42,030 bases of DNA, taken from positions 1 to 42,030 of the IMG/VR virus record IMGVR_UViG_3300034110_000260, one strand, 5' to 3'. Source of the DNA: a virus (lineage: Duplodnaviria; Caudoviricetes). Position 1 is the stretch's first letter. The number at the start of each line of letters is the position of its first letter. Below the pieces are notes generated by a model. The model did no database searches and was not told the DNA's origin. It worked only from the letters and a program-made list of their open reading frames with translations. Positions 15,386 to 24,332 of the stretch are shown one piece after another. The position numbers and the translations under genes were made by a program.

Positions 15386-15979
15386 TTATATTTCAAGCAA
15401 TCGCTGCAAGCGTCTAATTTCAGCGCTAAATTCTTTTTTCATCTGCTGCCAATCATCAGCGCTCCGCTTTGGTATATTCTTTTCAGTCTCGCAATACTCG
15501 ATTATCTCTCTTGTTCTAGCTTCGCCAAATCTAAAGGCTAACCCAATCTTATATCCTTCAATATCTCCTGATAATTGCTGATTACATCTGTGGTTGTGCT
15601 GTAGAAATGTATTGTTTTTATCAAATGCCAAGTCAGAGCGCGCCTTTCTGGTTTTAAAGTGGCCGCAGCACCATTGATCATTGCCTAGCGGCAATTGGCA
15701 GCTTATGCAGTATGGCTCAATTCCTTGCTCTTTAAACCACAGCAATTCCTCAAGTCTTCGCATTTTATTGAACAGCGCTTGCGCTTCGGATTTCCATTCT
15801 GCGTTAGTCTTTAACTTCTGCTTTCTCTGCCTAGTTTCAGCGTTGAACTCTTTTTGCTTCTTTGCTTTTGATTTATCAGCCTGGAGCTTTGACCAACTCA
15901 CCGCGCAATCTATCGAGCAAAACAGTTTTAGGTTAATTCTGAGCGTTGCTGGCGCTTTGCATGTCGGGCATTTAGTCAT
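15386..15979 (-). CDS. ninG: NinG/Rap-family recombination endonuclease
   Basis: CPTC..FCSIDCA..AQALFNK..CISC..GHFKT..CNQQLSG. Confidence 0.85.
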   Translation of the reverse strand: MTKCPTCKAPATLRINLKLFCSIDCAVSWSKLQADKSKAKKQKEFNAETRQRKQKLKTNAEWKSEAQALFNKMRRLEELLWFKEQGIEPYCISCQLPLGNDQWCCGHFKTRKARSDLAFDKNNTFLQHNHRCNQQLSGDIEGYKIGLAFRFGEARTREIIEYCETEKNIPKRSADDWQQMKKEFSAEIRRLQRLLEI

Positions 15980-16355
15980 TGAACTTAACCCCATGTTCAG
16001 CACCAAAAGCATGAATAAGCTCTATCATTTCCGAAAGCTCTCCGACGCTCATTTTGCTGGTTGACTTACCAAGCACTACAAAGCCGCTGCCGTCGATATT
16101 TGGCACTGACCGATGTCTATGTATTGCCGAGCTGAAAACGTGCTTCCAATCCTCGCTGGATAGCGTTAAACCATGCCATTTAACTTGCTTTGAGACTTCC
16201 GCCAGCATCGCCCATAATTTTGAGTTTTGATCAATGGTTCTGGTCATCGGTTTAATCTCAATAACAAAAGGCTTTTCGTAGCCTAATGACTCAGCATACC
16301 GGTAACAGCTAACCAGGTTATCTCTGCTGCTGATTATTGCCTGAAACTTTTCCAT
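15972..16355 (-). CDS. ninB: NinB/Orf-family recombination protein
   Basis: RTIDQNSKLWAML..WHG..EDWKHVF..STSKMSVGELSEMIELIHAFGAEHGV. Confidence 0.92.
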   Translation of the reverse strand: MEKFQAIISSRDNLVSCYRYAESLGYEKPFVIEIKPMTRTIDQNSKLWAMLAEVSKQVKWHGLTLSSEDWKHVFSSAIHRHRSVPNIDGSGFVVLGKSTSKMSVGELSEMIELIHAFGAEHGVKFND

Positions 16356-16513
16356 TAAACCCTCACAACTTTCTTGTAAGCAGTAATATTCCGCTTAATG
16401 TTCTTTGCAAAGCGAGCCATGATTGTAAGCCGCTTAAAATCATCACAGATGATCTTCACTAGCTGATATGGTGGCTCGTTGATCTCGTTGTTCGTTACTG
16501 GTTGATAGCTCAT
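16355..16513 (-). CDS. Hypothetical protein (52 aa)
   Basis: Hand translation MSYQPVTNNE...; fills dnaB-ninB gap with coupled ends. Confidence 0.5.
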   Translation of the reverse strand: MSYQPVTNNEINEPPYQLVKIICDDFKRLTIMARFAKNIKRNITAYKKVVRV

Positions 16514-17850
16514 TGGCAAAGCCTCGCTCTTGCTTCTTGTTGATCGCAGTCATTCCAAACTCCGTTAATCACTTTGGCATAACTGACTCCAGTTGCGCCG
16601 AACCTATTTTTATTTAATCCAAGCTCAGCGAATGGCCCGCAATCGCTATCAGGATGGAAAAGATAATCGAAGTAAGGGAAAAGGATATAACCAGCGTCCT
16701 GCTCTATTTGTCCAGAGTCGCGCAAGTCTGAATTTTGTGGGCGCTTGTTTACTCGCTTTTCGTTTTCGCGGCTAAGCTGAGACAGTAATACAACTAAACA
16801 GCCAATCTCTTTTGCTAGTGCTGTGCAAGCCATCGATACCATACCTACAGATAAATCCCTGCGGTCGGCTTTTGGCAGCTTTAAAAGCGTTGCGTAGTCG
16901 ATAAAGATTGCTGATATGCGAATTCCTTGGGCGATTTTAGCTCTTGCATTGGCCTTTATTTGCTCGACAGCAACAGCAACCTTGTCACAAACATAAAGAT
17001 TTGTACTTTCAAAAGTCTGGATCTGATTGCCAATTCTCGCCCAATCTTCATCAAGCCACCATCTTGCTTTTTTGTTGTTTACTGCACTGACCATCAGCTT
17101 ATCTACAATCTGCTCCTTTGGCATTTCCAAAGAATACACATGCACTTCCCTGTCAGGATATTGGCGAGCAATAGCTGTTGACATTGTGATCATCAATGAT
17201 GTTTTACCCTTCCCTGGATTAGCCCCTATAACAAGCATTGACTTTGGTCTGAATAACTTTTCACCAAGCATTTCATCAAGGCCAGAAAAGCCAGAGGTGA
17301 AGCCAACTTCAACAGGCTCATTTCTGCACTCAGCTTCTGCGTCAGCAATCCACTGAGGTATCAGGTCGCGCATGTGAACCAAACCAGAGTCACCACCAGA
17401 AACGCGGCCAAGCAAAACAGACATTGCAGATTCTGCGTGACCAACAGATTGCACAACATCTTCACCTTGCTCAATATTCTGCATTAATGCCGACACTTCT
17501 TGTATTGCGCTTCTACGCATCGAACAATCAAGAATCTTTGCTTGATGGCTTTCTATGGCTGCAAAACCTGATTGCTCATTGGCTAGTCTGCCAACGTCAG
17601 AAAACTTAACCTCAACACCATTGAGCATGTTTGATGATTCGATTTTATCGTACAAGCTAACGACGTCGAAAGGCTGCTCAGCCAAAACCATTTGCTTAAT
17701 ATATCGATAAGTTATCTTGCAGATCAGGTCTGAAAAATCACTTTCTTCAACCTTGTTGACATGCTTGAAAAGTTCGTTTATTGGTCTTTGATCAGCCATG
17801 ATGATCAGTGAGCCAATGAAAGCACATTCAGCTTCGTATGAATTAACCAT
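16510..17850 (-). CDS. dnaB: DnaB-like replicative helicase
   Basis: GANPGKGKT, SLEM, IDY, LSQLSR, DLRDSGQIEQDA, KNRFG. Confidence 0.95.
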   Translation of the reverse strand: MVNSYEAECAFIGSLIIMADQRPINELFKHVNKVEESDFSDLICKITYRYIKQMVLAEQPFDVVSLYDKIESSNMLNGVEVKFSDVGRLANEQSGFAAIESHQAKILDCSMRRSAIQEVSALMQNIEQGEDVVQSVGHAESAMSVLLGRVSGGDSGLVHMRDLIPQWIADAEAECRNEPVEVGFTSGFSGLDEMLGEKLFRPKSMLVIGANPGKGKTSLMITMSTAIARQYPDREVHVYSLEMPKEQIVDKLMVSAVNNKKARWWLDEDWARIGNQIQTFESTNLYVCDKVAVAVEQIKANARAKIAQGIRISAIFIDYATLLKLPKADRRDLSVGMVSMACTALAKEIGCLVVLLSQLSRENEKRVNKRPQNSDLRDSGQIEQDAGYILFPYFDYLFHPDSDCGPFAELGLNKNRFGATGVSYAKVINGVWNDCDQQEARARLCQ

Positions 17851-18361
17851 GCTTAATAACCTGTGTTTTAATTTGTTTTAGTTGTTGTGCATTTGCTAAG
17901 TGCTCAGGAACTTGTTCAGCTCGGCAACTTGAAAGCGATAGGTAGCAGTCGATAAATGACTTTTTTAGCTTGGCAAGGTCATATTGATCAGCATTGCCAA
18001 CAGCCAGTGAGCCGCCAATCATTTGCAAAGAACCTATCGACAACTCGTCAGATGATTTTAAATTTGCCCCGCGCGAGGCAGCAGATATTACTTTCGACCA
18101 TTCAAGCTCTGCAATGCTTTTTGCATCAGCTGGTTTGCTGGCTTTGTTTATCTGAAAAATCAAATCTGCAATCGTAGGAAAGAATCTGCCGCGATCCTGA
18201 TCTTTGCGGTGAGAGGTCATTGCGCCTATAACTTGGTTAACGTCATATTCTGAAAGGTCACCAAAGTAAAGCTGTGCCTGCTCTGGATTAAATTTCTTTT
18301 CATAGGCCAAGCAAGTCAAAGCGTAGCCGTCAGCAAATTGCTGCTTATCTTGTTTATTCAT
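17843..18361 (-). CDS. Putative helicase loader/inhibitor (DUF6475-like)
   Basis: Between initiator and helicase; FFPTIADL motif. Confidence 0.6.
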   Translation of the reverse strand: MNKQDKQQFADGYALTCLAYEKKFNPEQAQLYFGDLSEYDVNQVIGAMTSHRKDQDRGRFFPTIADLIFQINKASKPADAKSIAELEWSKVISAASRGANLKSSDELSIGSLQMIGGSLAVGNADQYDLAKLKKSFIDCYLSLSSCRAEQVPEHLANAQQLKQIKTQVIKHG

Positions 18362-19172
18362 TTCCTACAAACTCCTGATAGCCGTTTAAAATTCCGCTAG
18401 TCATTGAACCAGCGCCGATATTCATTGCTAGTTTTTCAAGCTGCGAGCCACTCTTGCAGATCATAGCCAAGTCATCATAGACGGTTGTATTCTTTCCGTC
18501 CCTAGCCATGTGAAAGTCTGAGCGCGAGCAGCCATCAATAGCCTGCATGATGTGCGCTGCTGTGTAACCTTCTTTCAGCCTAGCTTTCACAGCTCGCTTT
18601 CTATCTTCGGTAAATTTGGCGGTGCCTCGTTTGTTCATAACACTGCACCAATAATCAAAGATTGCAGTTAAGTCGTCAGCTTGCTGACATATATCTTTCC
18701 CTTCCTCTTCCCTTCCTTTCCCTTCCTTTCCCTTCCTTTCCACTTGTTCTTGCACAAGCCGCGTGACTGACGCGTGACTGACGCGTGACTGACGCGTCAA
18801 ATCATCAGTTAAATCAATAACTAACGATTGCTCATCTTGATGAGACGGCAATTCGCTTTCACTTTCTCTGTTATTGATAACTTGATGCTTTTTAAAGCTA
18901 GGAATGCACCCAAAAAGCTCGCCTGAATTCTCGTACTTCACGAGAAAGCCACGCGTGACCAACGCGTCAAGCACGCGTGAAAAGTCGATAGCGTCAAACG
19001 GTAAAACGTCTAACTTGAGCTGTCTTGGCTTCCACTTGAAGCGACCTTCTCTATCGCAAGCTGTAAACAGTCCAGCAAAAGAGATCCTGATTGGCAGACC
19101 AGTTTCAATTTCTAGCTCGTAAAGCCCTTCATGCCTAAAAAGTTCTGGCTTTACAGTTCTAATTCTTGCCAT
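18354..19172 (-). CDS. Phage replication initiator protein
   Basis: MARIRTVKPELF..CDREGRF..FKKHQ.IN N-terminus; internal iterons; upstream of loader and helicase. Confidence 0.85.
   Translation of the reverse strand: MARIRTVKPELFRHEGLYELEIETGLPIRISFAGLFTACDREGRFKWKPRQLKLDVLPFDAIDFSRVLDALVTRGFLVKYENSGELFGCIPSFKKHQVINNRESESELPSHQDEQSLVIDLTDDLTRQSRVSHASVTRLVQEQVERKGKEGKGREEEGKDICQQADDLTAIFDYWCSVMNKRGTAKFTEDRKRAVKARLKEGYTAAHIMQAIDGCSRSDFHMARDGKNTTVYDDLAMICKSGSQLEKLAMNIGAGSMTSGILNGYQEFVGNE
18694..18741. repeat. 48-nt pure pyrimidine tract with CCTTCCTTTC repeats
   Basis: Direct reading; encodes RKGKEGKGREEEGK. Confidence 0.85.
18760..18798. repeat. 11-bp tandem iterons CGCGTGACTGA x3.5 (probable origin)
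   Basis: Exact tandem copies at 18760, 18771, 18782 and partial at 18793. Confidence 0.85.
18951..18980. repeat. Second iteron cluster: ACGCGT at 11-bp period
   Basis: ACGCGT at 18951, 18962, 18973. Confidence 0.7.
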
Positions 19173-19220
19173 AATGATTCGTCCTTTGTGCCCTTGCTTA
19201 ATAGCGGGGCTTTTTATTTG

Positions 19221-19481
19221 TTAGATAAACAGGCCGTCAGTTAGCTTTCTGATGAACTCGTTATACTGCTTGTCATCCATTACAACTTTTGATTTTGCAT
19301 TTTTAGCCGCCCCGTACATTTCCCACCTGGTAGTTAAGTCAATCATGCGCATCCGAAGAGACTGCGCCAAAAGACACTCTACAGCAGCAGTAAAGTTTCC
19401 TTCATACTCACTATCTGCAAGGCGCTTTACTGCCGATTTAATTTCTTCATCGATTCTCATGTGAACAATTTGCTTAGACAT
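19221..19481 (-). CDS. Ribbon-helix-helix (Arc/CopG-like) regulator
   Basis: IVHMRIDEEIKSAVKRLA..NFTAAVECLL pattern; first gene of leftward operon. Confidence 0.65.
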   Translation of the reverse strand: MSKQIVHMRIDEEIKSAVKRLADSEYEGNFTAAVECLLAQSLRMRMIDLTTRWEMYGAAKNAKSKVVMDDKQYNEFIRKLTDGLFI

Positions 19482-19505
19482 TTATTTACCCTTATGTGTT
19501 ATGTT

Positions 19506-19546
19506 GTGTTGACAATGATAAACGCAGATATTAATATAGTCAACAC
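19506..19546. promoter_or_regulatory. Interlocked divergent sigma70 promoters
   Basis: +: TTGACA(19509)-17-TAATAT; -: TTGACT(19543)-17-TATCAT; framed by inverted repeat GTGTTGAC/GTCAACAC. Confidence 0.8.
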
Positions 19547-19565
19547 CAACAACGAGGAACGCAAA

Positions 19566-20630
19566 ATGAAAGAAGAAAACCAGTTAGTCGTAGTGCAGCA
19601 AGAAAACGCGCTGCAATTGTTCACAACCGAGAAAGGTCTTGATCCAATCTTGCAAGGTGTTCGCACTTTGATCGATGAATTCAAGCCAGATGTAACAACT
19701 GCAAAAGGTCGTGACGCGATTAAGTCAATTGCGCACAGTGTCGCCAAGTCTAAAACATATTTAGACGGCATCGGCAAAGAGTTGGTGGATAAACTGAAAG
19801 AGCAGCCGAAGTTAGTTGATGCTGAGCGCAAGCGCATCCGCGACACTCTGGACGCTTGGAAAGATGAAGTGCGCAAGCCTTTAACTGATTGGGAAGATGC
19901 AGACAAAGCGAGAATTGCAGCGCACAAAGATAACATCTCTTGGTTTGCGTCTGTTATCAATGAATCTTCAATACTTGACTCTGCCGGAATTAAAAACCTG
20001 ATCGACTCAGCAAAAGCTAAAGTTGTTGATCAGTCATTCCAAGAGTTTGAGGCGGAAGCGCACCGCGCTAAAGATCAGTGCCTAACTCAACTTGATCAGA
20101 TACTGCAATCTACCTTAAAGCGTGAAGCTGAGCAGGCTGAGCTTGAGCGCCTACGCAAAGAGGCAGCCGAGCGTGAGCAGAAAGAGCGCGAAGAAAGATT
20201 GATTCGTGAAGCTGCCGAGAATGCGCGCCGCCAAGCTGAGCAAGAAGCGCAGCGCCAGCGCGATGAGCAACAACGTATTGCCAATGAAGAAAAGCTGGCC
20301 GCAGAGCGTCGAGAAATGCAATTGAAATTGCAAGCCGAACAAGCAGAGCGCCAACGCATTGAGGCTGAACAGCGCGCAACCTATGAGCTTCAGCAAGCTG
20401 AAATTCGCGCAAAGCAAGCCGCAGAGAATGAGCGCGTTCGCATTGAGCAGCAGCAAGCCGCAGAGCGCGCAGAAGCTGAGCGCCAAGCAGCCAACAAGCA
20501 GCACCGTGCAAATGTGAATCGTGAGATTTTAGCCGCTTTAGTTGCTAATGGTTTGACAGAAGATCAAGCGAAAATGGTTGTGACTTTGGCCGCAAAAGGT
20601 CAAGCTGGCCGCTTAACTGTTCAATATTAA
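19566..20630 (+). CDS. Coiled-coil phage protein (often annotated TolA-like) in recombination module
   Basis: Start MKEENQL with GAGG SD; VTTAKGRDAIKS.A..VAKSKT..DAERKR..VRKPLTDWE; E/Q/R/A-rich C-terminus. Confidence 0.8.
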   Translation: MKEENQLVVVQQENALQLFTTEKGLDPILQGVRTLIDEFKPDVTTAKGRDAIKSIAHSVAKSKTYLDGIGKELVDKLKEQPKLVDAERKRIRDTLDAWKDEVRKPLTDWEDADKARIAAHKDNISWFASVINESSILDSAGIKNLIDSAKAKVVDQSFQEFEAEAHRAKDQCLTQLDQILQSTLKREAEQAELERLRKEAAEREQKEREERLIREAAENARRQAEQEAQRQRDEQQRIANEEKLAAERREMQLKLQAEQAERQRIEAEQRATYELQQAEIRAKQAAENERVRIEQQQAAERAEAERQAANKQHRANVNREILAALVANGLTEDQAKMVVTLAAKGQAGRLTVQY

Positions 20631-20668
20631 TCAACGCGCCTTCTGGCGCTAACCTTAGGAAAGAAGAA

Positions 20669-21535
20669 ATGAACCAAGTAATGACAATCCCCGACATGGT
20701 GCGAGGCGTAGAGCCTGAGTGCCAGCAACTAATCACAGCGCACAATGCTGTTAATTGGCCTGCTGAGGCTAATTATGCAATGCAGTTACTGTCTGCCAAT
20801 ACCTATGCTTTAGGCGTTGCGCAGAAAAACCCTGTATCAGTTCAGAATGCTTTGCGTAATGCTGCTGCAATTGGCGTTAGCTTAAACCCTGCAAGCAAGA
20901 ATGCTTACCTTGTGCCTCGGGGCGGTGCAATCTGCTTAGACATTTCTTATATGGGCTTGCTGCACTTGGCTATGTCAACCGGATCAATTGAATTCGGACA
21001 ATCAAAACTTGTGTATGCAAATGATACGTATGAAAACCAAGGCATTGACCAAGCGCCTTTGCATCGGTCTAATACTTTCGGAGATCGTGGTGAGTTAGTT
21101 GGCGCTTATTGCGTTGTTCGCACTTCAACAGGCGCATACTTGACTGAGGAAATGAGCATTGCTCAACTATTAGCTGTTAAAGCTCGCAGCGAATCAGGCA
21201 AGCAGAATAAAGGCCCTTGGTTTACTGACTTTGAAGAAATGTGCCGAAAAACTGTAGTTAAGCGAGCTGCTAAAATGTGGCCTAAAGTTGACCGCTTGCA
21301 TAATGCAATTGAATACCTAAACACAGAAGGCGGTGAAGGAATAAACAAAGAAGAACCAGCACGCGATGTAACGCCAATCAGCATCGAGTCAGAGGCTTGG
21401 CTTACCGATTACTACAACGGACTGAACGACGAGCAGAAGCCAAAGATGATGGCTTGGCTTAAAGTTGAATCAATCTGCCAATTAACCGAGCAGCAAGCTC
21501 AATCAGCAATTAAAACTTTAGGGCAAAAGAAATGA
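20669..21535 (+). CDS. recT: RecT-family single-strand annealing protein
   Basis: GVSLNP..AYLVPR..ISYMGLL..GPW.TDFEEMCRKTVVKRAAK.WP. Confidence 0.92.
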   Translation: MNQVMTIPDMVRGVEPECQQLITAHNAVNWPAEANYAMQLLSANTYALGVAQKNPVSVQNALRNAAAIGVSLNPASKNAYLVPRGGAICLDISYMGLLHLAMSTGSIEFGQSKLVYANDTYENQGIDQAPLHRSNTFGDRGELVGAYCVVRTSTGAYLTEEMSIAQLLAVKARSESGKQNKGPWFTDFEEMCRKTVVKRAAKMWPKVDRLHNAIEYLNTEGGEGINKEEPARDVTPISIESEAWLTDYYNGLNDEQKPKMMAWLKVESICQLTEQQAQSAIKTLGQKK

Positions 21536-22248
21536 GTATTTATGACCGCGCAATGGCGCAGCTTAAATCAATGGAAAGTGTTTTTGGATTTGATCCGACT
21601 ATCGTTGATCAAAAGTCAGCAGATTGGCATGTGATGAAATTAGGCGTAATCAGTGCCAGTAATGCCGATAAAGTCGTAATGAAGCGCGATAGCGAAACAC
21701 GTGCCACTTACATGGCAAGTTTAATCAGTCAGATTTGCTCATGCACTCTGCCGGATGAAATGACATTCAAACAGCTTGAGCATGGCAACACTTATGAGCC
21801 TGTGGCGCGTGATGCGCTCTCTGCTGCGCTTGGCTTTGTTGAGATTAAAGAACTGCCATTACTCTATATGGATCAATCAATGCGCGTTGGCGTGTCGCCT
21901 GATGGCGTTTTCAATGATTCAATCGTTGAAATCAAATGCCCGTTCAATGGCGAAAACTTTATCAAATTTGCGGCATTCGGAGCCAACAAGAAAGCCTGGC
22001 GCTGGCAAGCTCAGTTCCAAATGTTTGCAAGTGGAGCAAGCGAGCATATTTTTTGCCAGTATGATCCGCGCATGGTTTTGTGTAACAACCTAAGCTATGC
22101 AAAAACAGAATTGTCAGACGCAGACCAAGTAACGCTGCGTGATGCAATCCCTCAGTTTATCGCTGACATGGATGAAGCCTTGAATGCTTTAGGCGTGACA
22201 TTCGGTCAGCATTGGGAATATTTAAAACAACAACGGAGTAAGATTTAA
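21532..22248 (+). CDS. YqaJ/lambda-exonuclease family nuclease
   Basis: QKSADW..GVISAS..HGNTYEP.AR..SPDG..EIKCP..QAQFQM..YDPR. Confidence 0.92.
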   Translation: MSIYDRAMAQLKSMESVFGFDPTIVDQKSADWHVMKLGVISASNADKVVMKRDSETRATYMASLISQICSCTLPDEMTFKQLEHGNTYEPVARDALSAALGFVEIKELPLLYMDQSMRVGVSPDGVFNDSIVEIKCPFNGENFIKFAAFGANKKAWRWQAQFQMFASGASEHIFCQYDPRMVLCNNLSYAKTELSDADQVTLRDAIPQFIADMDEALNALGVTFGQHWEYLKQQRSKI

Positions 22249-22790
22249 TGAACGTTTTGACGATAGCAGGCAACGTAGGGCGCGATTCTGAATTGCGCCA
22301 GGTAAACACAGCAAGCGGCACTCAGTCAGTGCTTAGTTTTGCTGTAGCGGTTAAATCAAGCAAGAAAGGCGATGACGGAAAATACTTGTCTACTTGGTTT
22401 GATTGCTCGTTATGGGGTAAGCGTGCTGATTCTCTGGCTCAGTACATCAAGAAAGGGCAATCAATCGCTGTGGTCGGTGAAGTTGAGCTTGAGCAGTACA
22501 CTAACGCACAAGGCCAAGCTGGCGCAAAGATGAAGATCAACGTTAGCAACGTTACATTGCAAGGCGGAAGCCAATCAGCGCCACAGCAAGCAACTCAACC
22601 TGCTCAGCCACAACAACAACAACCGCAGCAGTCATACAATCAGCCACGCCAGCAACCGCCAGCAGGTTATCAGCCGCAGATTGGGCAGCCGATGCAGCAA
22701 GGCTATCAGAATCAGCCTAATCCGACTTACGGGCAAGCGCAGCAATCAGGTGGTGGAGTGCCTGACTTCGATCCAGATATCCCGTTTTAA
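22248..22790 (+). CDS. ssb: Single-stranded DNA-binding protein
   Basis: GNVGRD..FAVAV..WGKRA..KKG; Q/P-rich linker; acidic tail DPDIPF. Confidence 0.95.
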   Translation: MNVLTIAGNVGRDSELRQVNTASGTQSVLSFAVAVKSSKKGDDGKYLSTWFDCSLWGKRADSLAQYIKKGQSIAVVGEVELEQYTNAQGQAGAKMKINVSNVTLQGGSQSAPQQATQPAQPQQQQPQQSYNQPRQQPPAGYQPQIGQPMQQGYQNQPNPTYGQAQQSGGGVPDFDPDIPF

Positions 22791-22834
22791 TTAACTAGCA
22801 GCGCCAGCAATGGCGCTTTTACTGAGGAAATAAA

Positions 22835-23341
22835 ATGAACAGAGACTGCTGGTCAACGCCAAAAGAAGTATTCAAAGCATTGGATTTTGAATTTAGTTTT
22901 ACTGTCGATGTTTCGGCAAGTGCTGAAAATACTCACTGCCAGGAATATATCGACGAAACAGAAAACGCTTTAGGCTGTCGCGAGTGGACGCCTGACTTTT
23001 ATCTTGACTCACCTGCTGGTCATTATGTTTGGTGCAATCCGCCATATTCAGACATTATGCCATGGGTAAAGAAAGCCGCAGAGCAGTCAAAGCGCAACGG
23101 CATAGGCGTAGTGATGCTGGTTATGGCTGACACTTCTGTCGGCTGGTATGCTGAAGCAATCAAAACCTGTCAAGAAGTGCGCTTTGTGATCGGTGGCCGA
23201 TTGGCTTTCATCAATCCAGAAACAAAGTTACCTGTTGGCGGAAATAACAAAGGCAGCATGTTTTTAATTTGGCATCCGTTTGCCAAAGGCGATTTGGTTA
23301 TTAAGCACGTTCACCGCAGTGAATTAATTGGGAGCAAATAG
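22835..23341 (+). CDS. Phage N6-adenine DNA methyltransferase (phage Dam family)
   Basis: WSTP..DVSASAEN..WCNPPYS..GRLAF..GNNKGSM. Confidence 0.92.
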   Translation: MNRDCWSTPKEVFKALDFEFSFTVDVSASAENTHCQEYIDETENALGCREWTPDFYLDSPAGHYVWCNPPYSDIMPWVKKAAEQSKRNGIGVVMLVMADTSVGWYAEAIKTCQEVRFVIGGRLAFINPETKLPVGGNNKGSMFLIWHPFAKGDLVIKHVHRSELIGSK

Positions 23342-23342
23342 C

Positions 23343-23939
23343 ATGGCAATAGATTGGAGCAAAGCGCCATCATGGGCGCAAGCTCATGGGCGATGCGGCC
23401 ACAGAAACTTTTGGATAAGTGACAAGCAATATGCGTCTGTAACTAGGCCTGACAAAACAACTCGATGCACAGGAATTTTTGGCAGCGCATCTTTTAGCAA
23501 CATCGTGAAGCGCCCACAACAATGGCCAGAAACAGATGAGCGGATCAATGCGATTGCGCAGAATGGCAACACTGGCGAACATTATGATGAAGTTGTGCCG
23601 TTTACTGAGTGGAGCAAGGCTGGCGAATTCGCCAAGCCAACCGAACCAAAAACAGCCATCGAATTCCTTAACGCCTGCGTTGCTGTGCAATCTGAACGCG
23701 GCAAGCAATACGATGCAAGCGGCACAGGTGAACGTAGCTTTGCAGCCGCTGCTAGTGCGTTTAATGCGGCAACGGGTAAATCACTGACTGGCTCAGATGT
23801 TTGTTTGCTGCTGACAATGGTGAAGTTAGTGAGGCAGTACAGCTCTCCGGATAGACTGCACCAGGATAGTTTGTTGGATGGGGTTAGTTATTTGAGTTTG
23901 TGGGCGGAGGAGTTGAGCAAGGAGCTAGGCGAAAAATAA
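23343..23939 (+). CDS. Protein with C-terminal DUF6378-like domain
   Basis: IDWSKAP N-terminus; ERGKQYD..ERSF..KLVR..DSLLDGVSY. Confidence 0.7.
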   Translation: MAIDWSKAPSWAQAHGRCGHRNFWISDKQYASVTRPDKTTRCTGIFGSASFSNIVKRPQQWPETDERINAIAQNGNTGEHYDEVVPFTEWSKAGEFAKPTEPKTAIEFLNACVAVQSERGKQYDASGTGERSFAAAASAFNAATGKSLTGSDVCLLLTMVKLVRQYSSPDRLHQDSLLDGVSYLSLWAEELSKELGEK

Positions 23940-23952
23940 TTCGCCTTTTTTT
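23927..23952 (+). terminator. Rho-independent terminator
   Basis: AGGCGAA-aaataa-TTCGCCT-TTTTTT. Confidence 0.75.
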
Positions 23953-23962
23953 GAATTAGCGC

Positions 23963-23991
23963 TTGACCGTTATCGGTATCGGTATTATATT
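23963..23991 (+). promoter_or_regulatory. Sigma70-like promoter TTGACC-17-TATATT with TATCGG direct repeat in spacer
   Basis: Direct reading. Confidence 0.7.
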
Positions 23992-24036
23992 AAATCCATC
24001 GCAGGCAATAATGCCGACAACGGAAGGGAAGAGAAA

Positions 24037-24282
24037 ATGAACTTACAAGCAGCAATGATTCAAGAAATAAACGCAATGCGCAGCAACCCAGTTATCATGA
24101 GATTCGTTGAGCAAGAAGCGCGTGAAAAAGTTGCTGCTGATATTCGTGAACAAATGAAAGGCGGTACAACTGCTAAGGCTGTAGAGCTGTTAGAAATGCG
24201 TCATGCACATATCCGCGCAAGAGTTCAAGAATACATTGCAATCGGCTTAGTTGGTTGCTTAATGGCTAAACTGAGCGCATAA
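24037..24282 (+). CDS. Hypothetical protein
   Basis: Purine-rich SD; first after promoter. Confidence 0.7.
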   Translation: MNLQAAMIQEINAMRSNPVIMRFVEQEAREKVAADIREQMKGGTTAKAVELLEMRHAHIRARVQEYIAIGLVGCLMAKLSA

Positions 24283-24332
24283 CAACAACCGCGCCGCCAG
24301 TCGCTAACTGGCAATCAACCGGAGCAAAAAAA

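Noticed and set aside
18760-18798. CRISPR-like or DGR repeat
   Set aside because: Contiguous 11-bp tandem units without spacers; no cas or reverse transcriptase gene
20096-20511. Three antisense ORFs over the E/Q/R/A-rich region (and similar shadow ORFs elsewhere)
   Set aside because: Expected stop-poor shadows of biased coding sequence; no RBS or operon context
19566-20630. True TolA envelope protein
   Set aside because: No TM anchor or TolA C-terminal domain; resemblance is low-complexity coiled coil only
22570-22750. CAG/CAA-rich repeats in ssb
   Set aside because: Ordinary Q/P-rich disordered SSB linker
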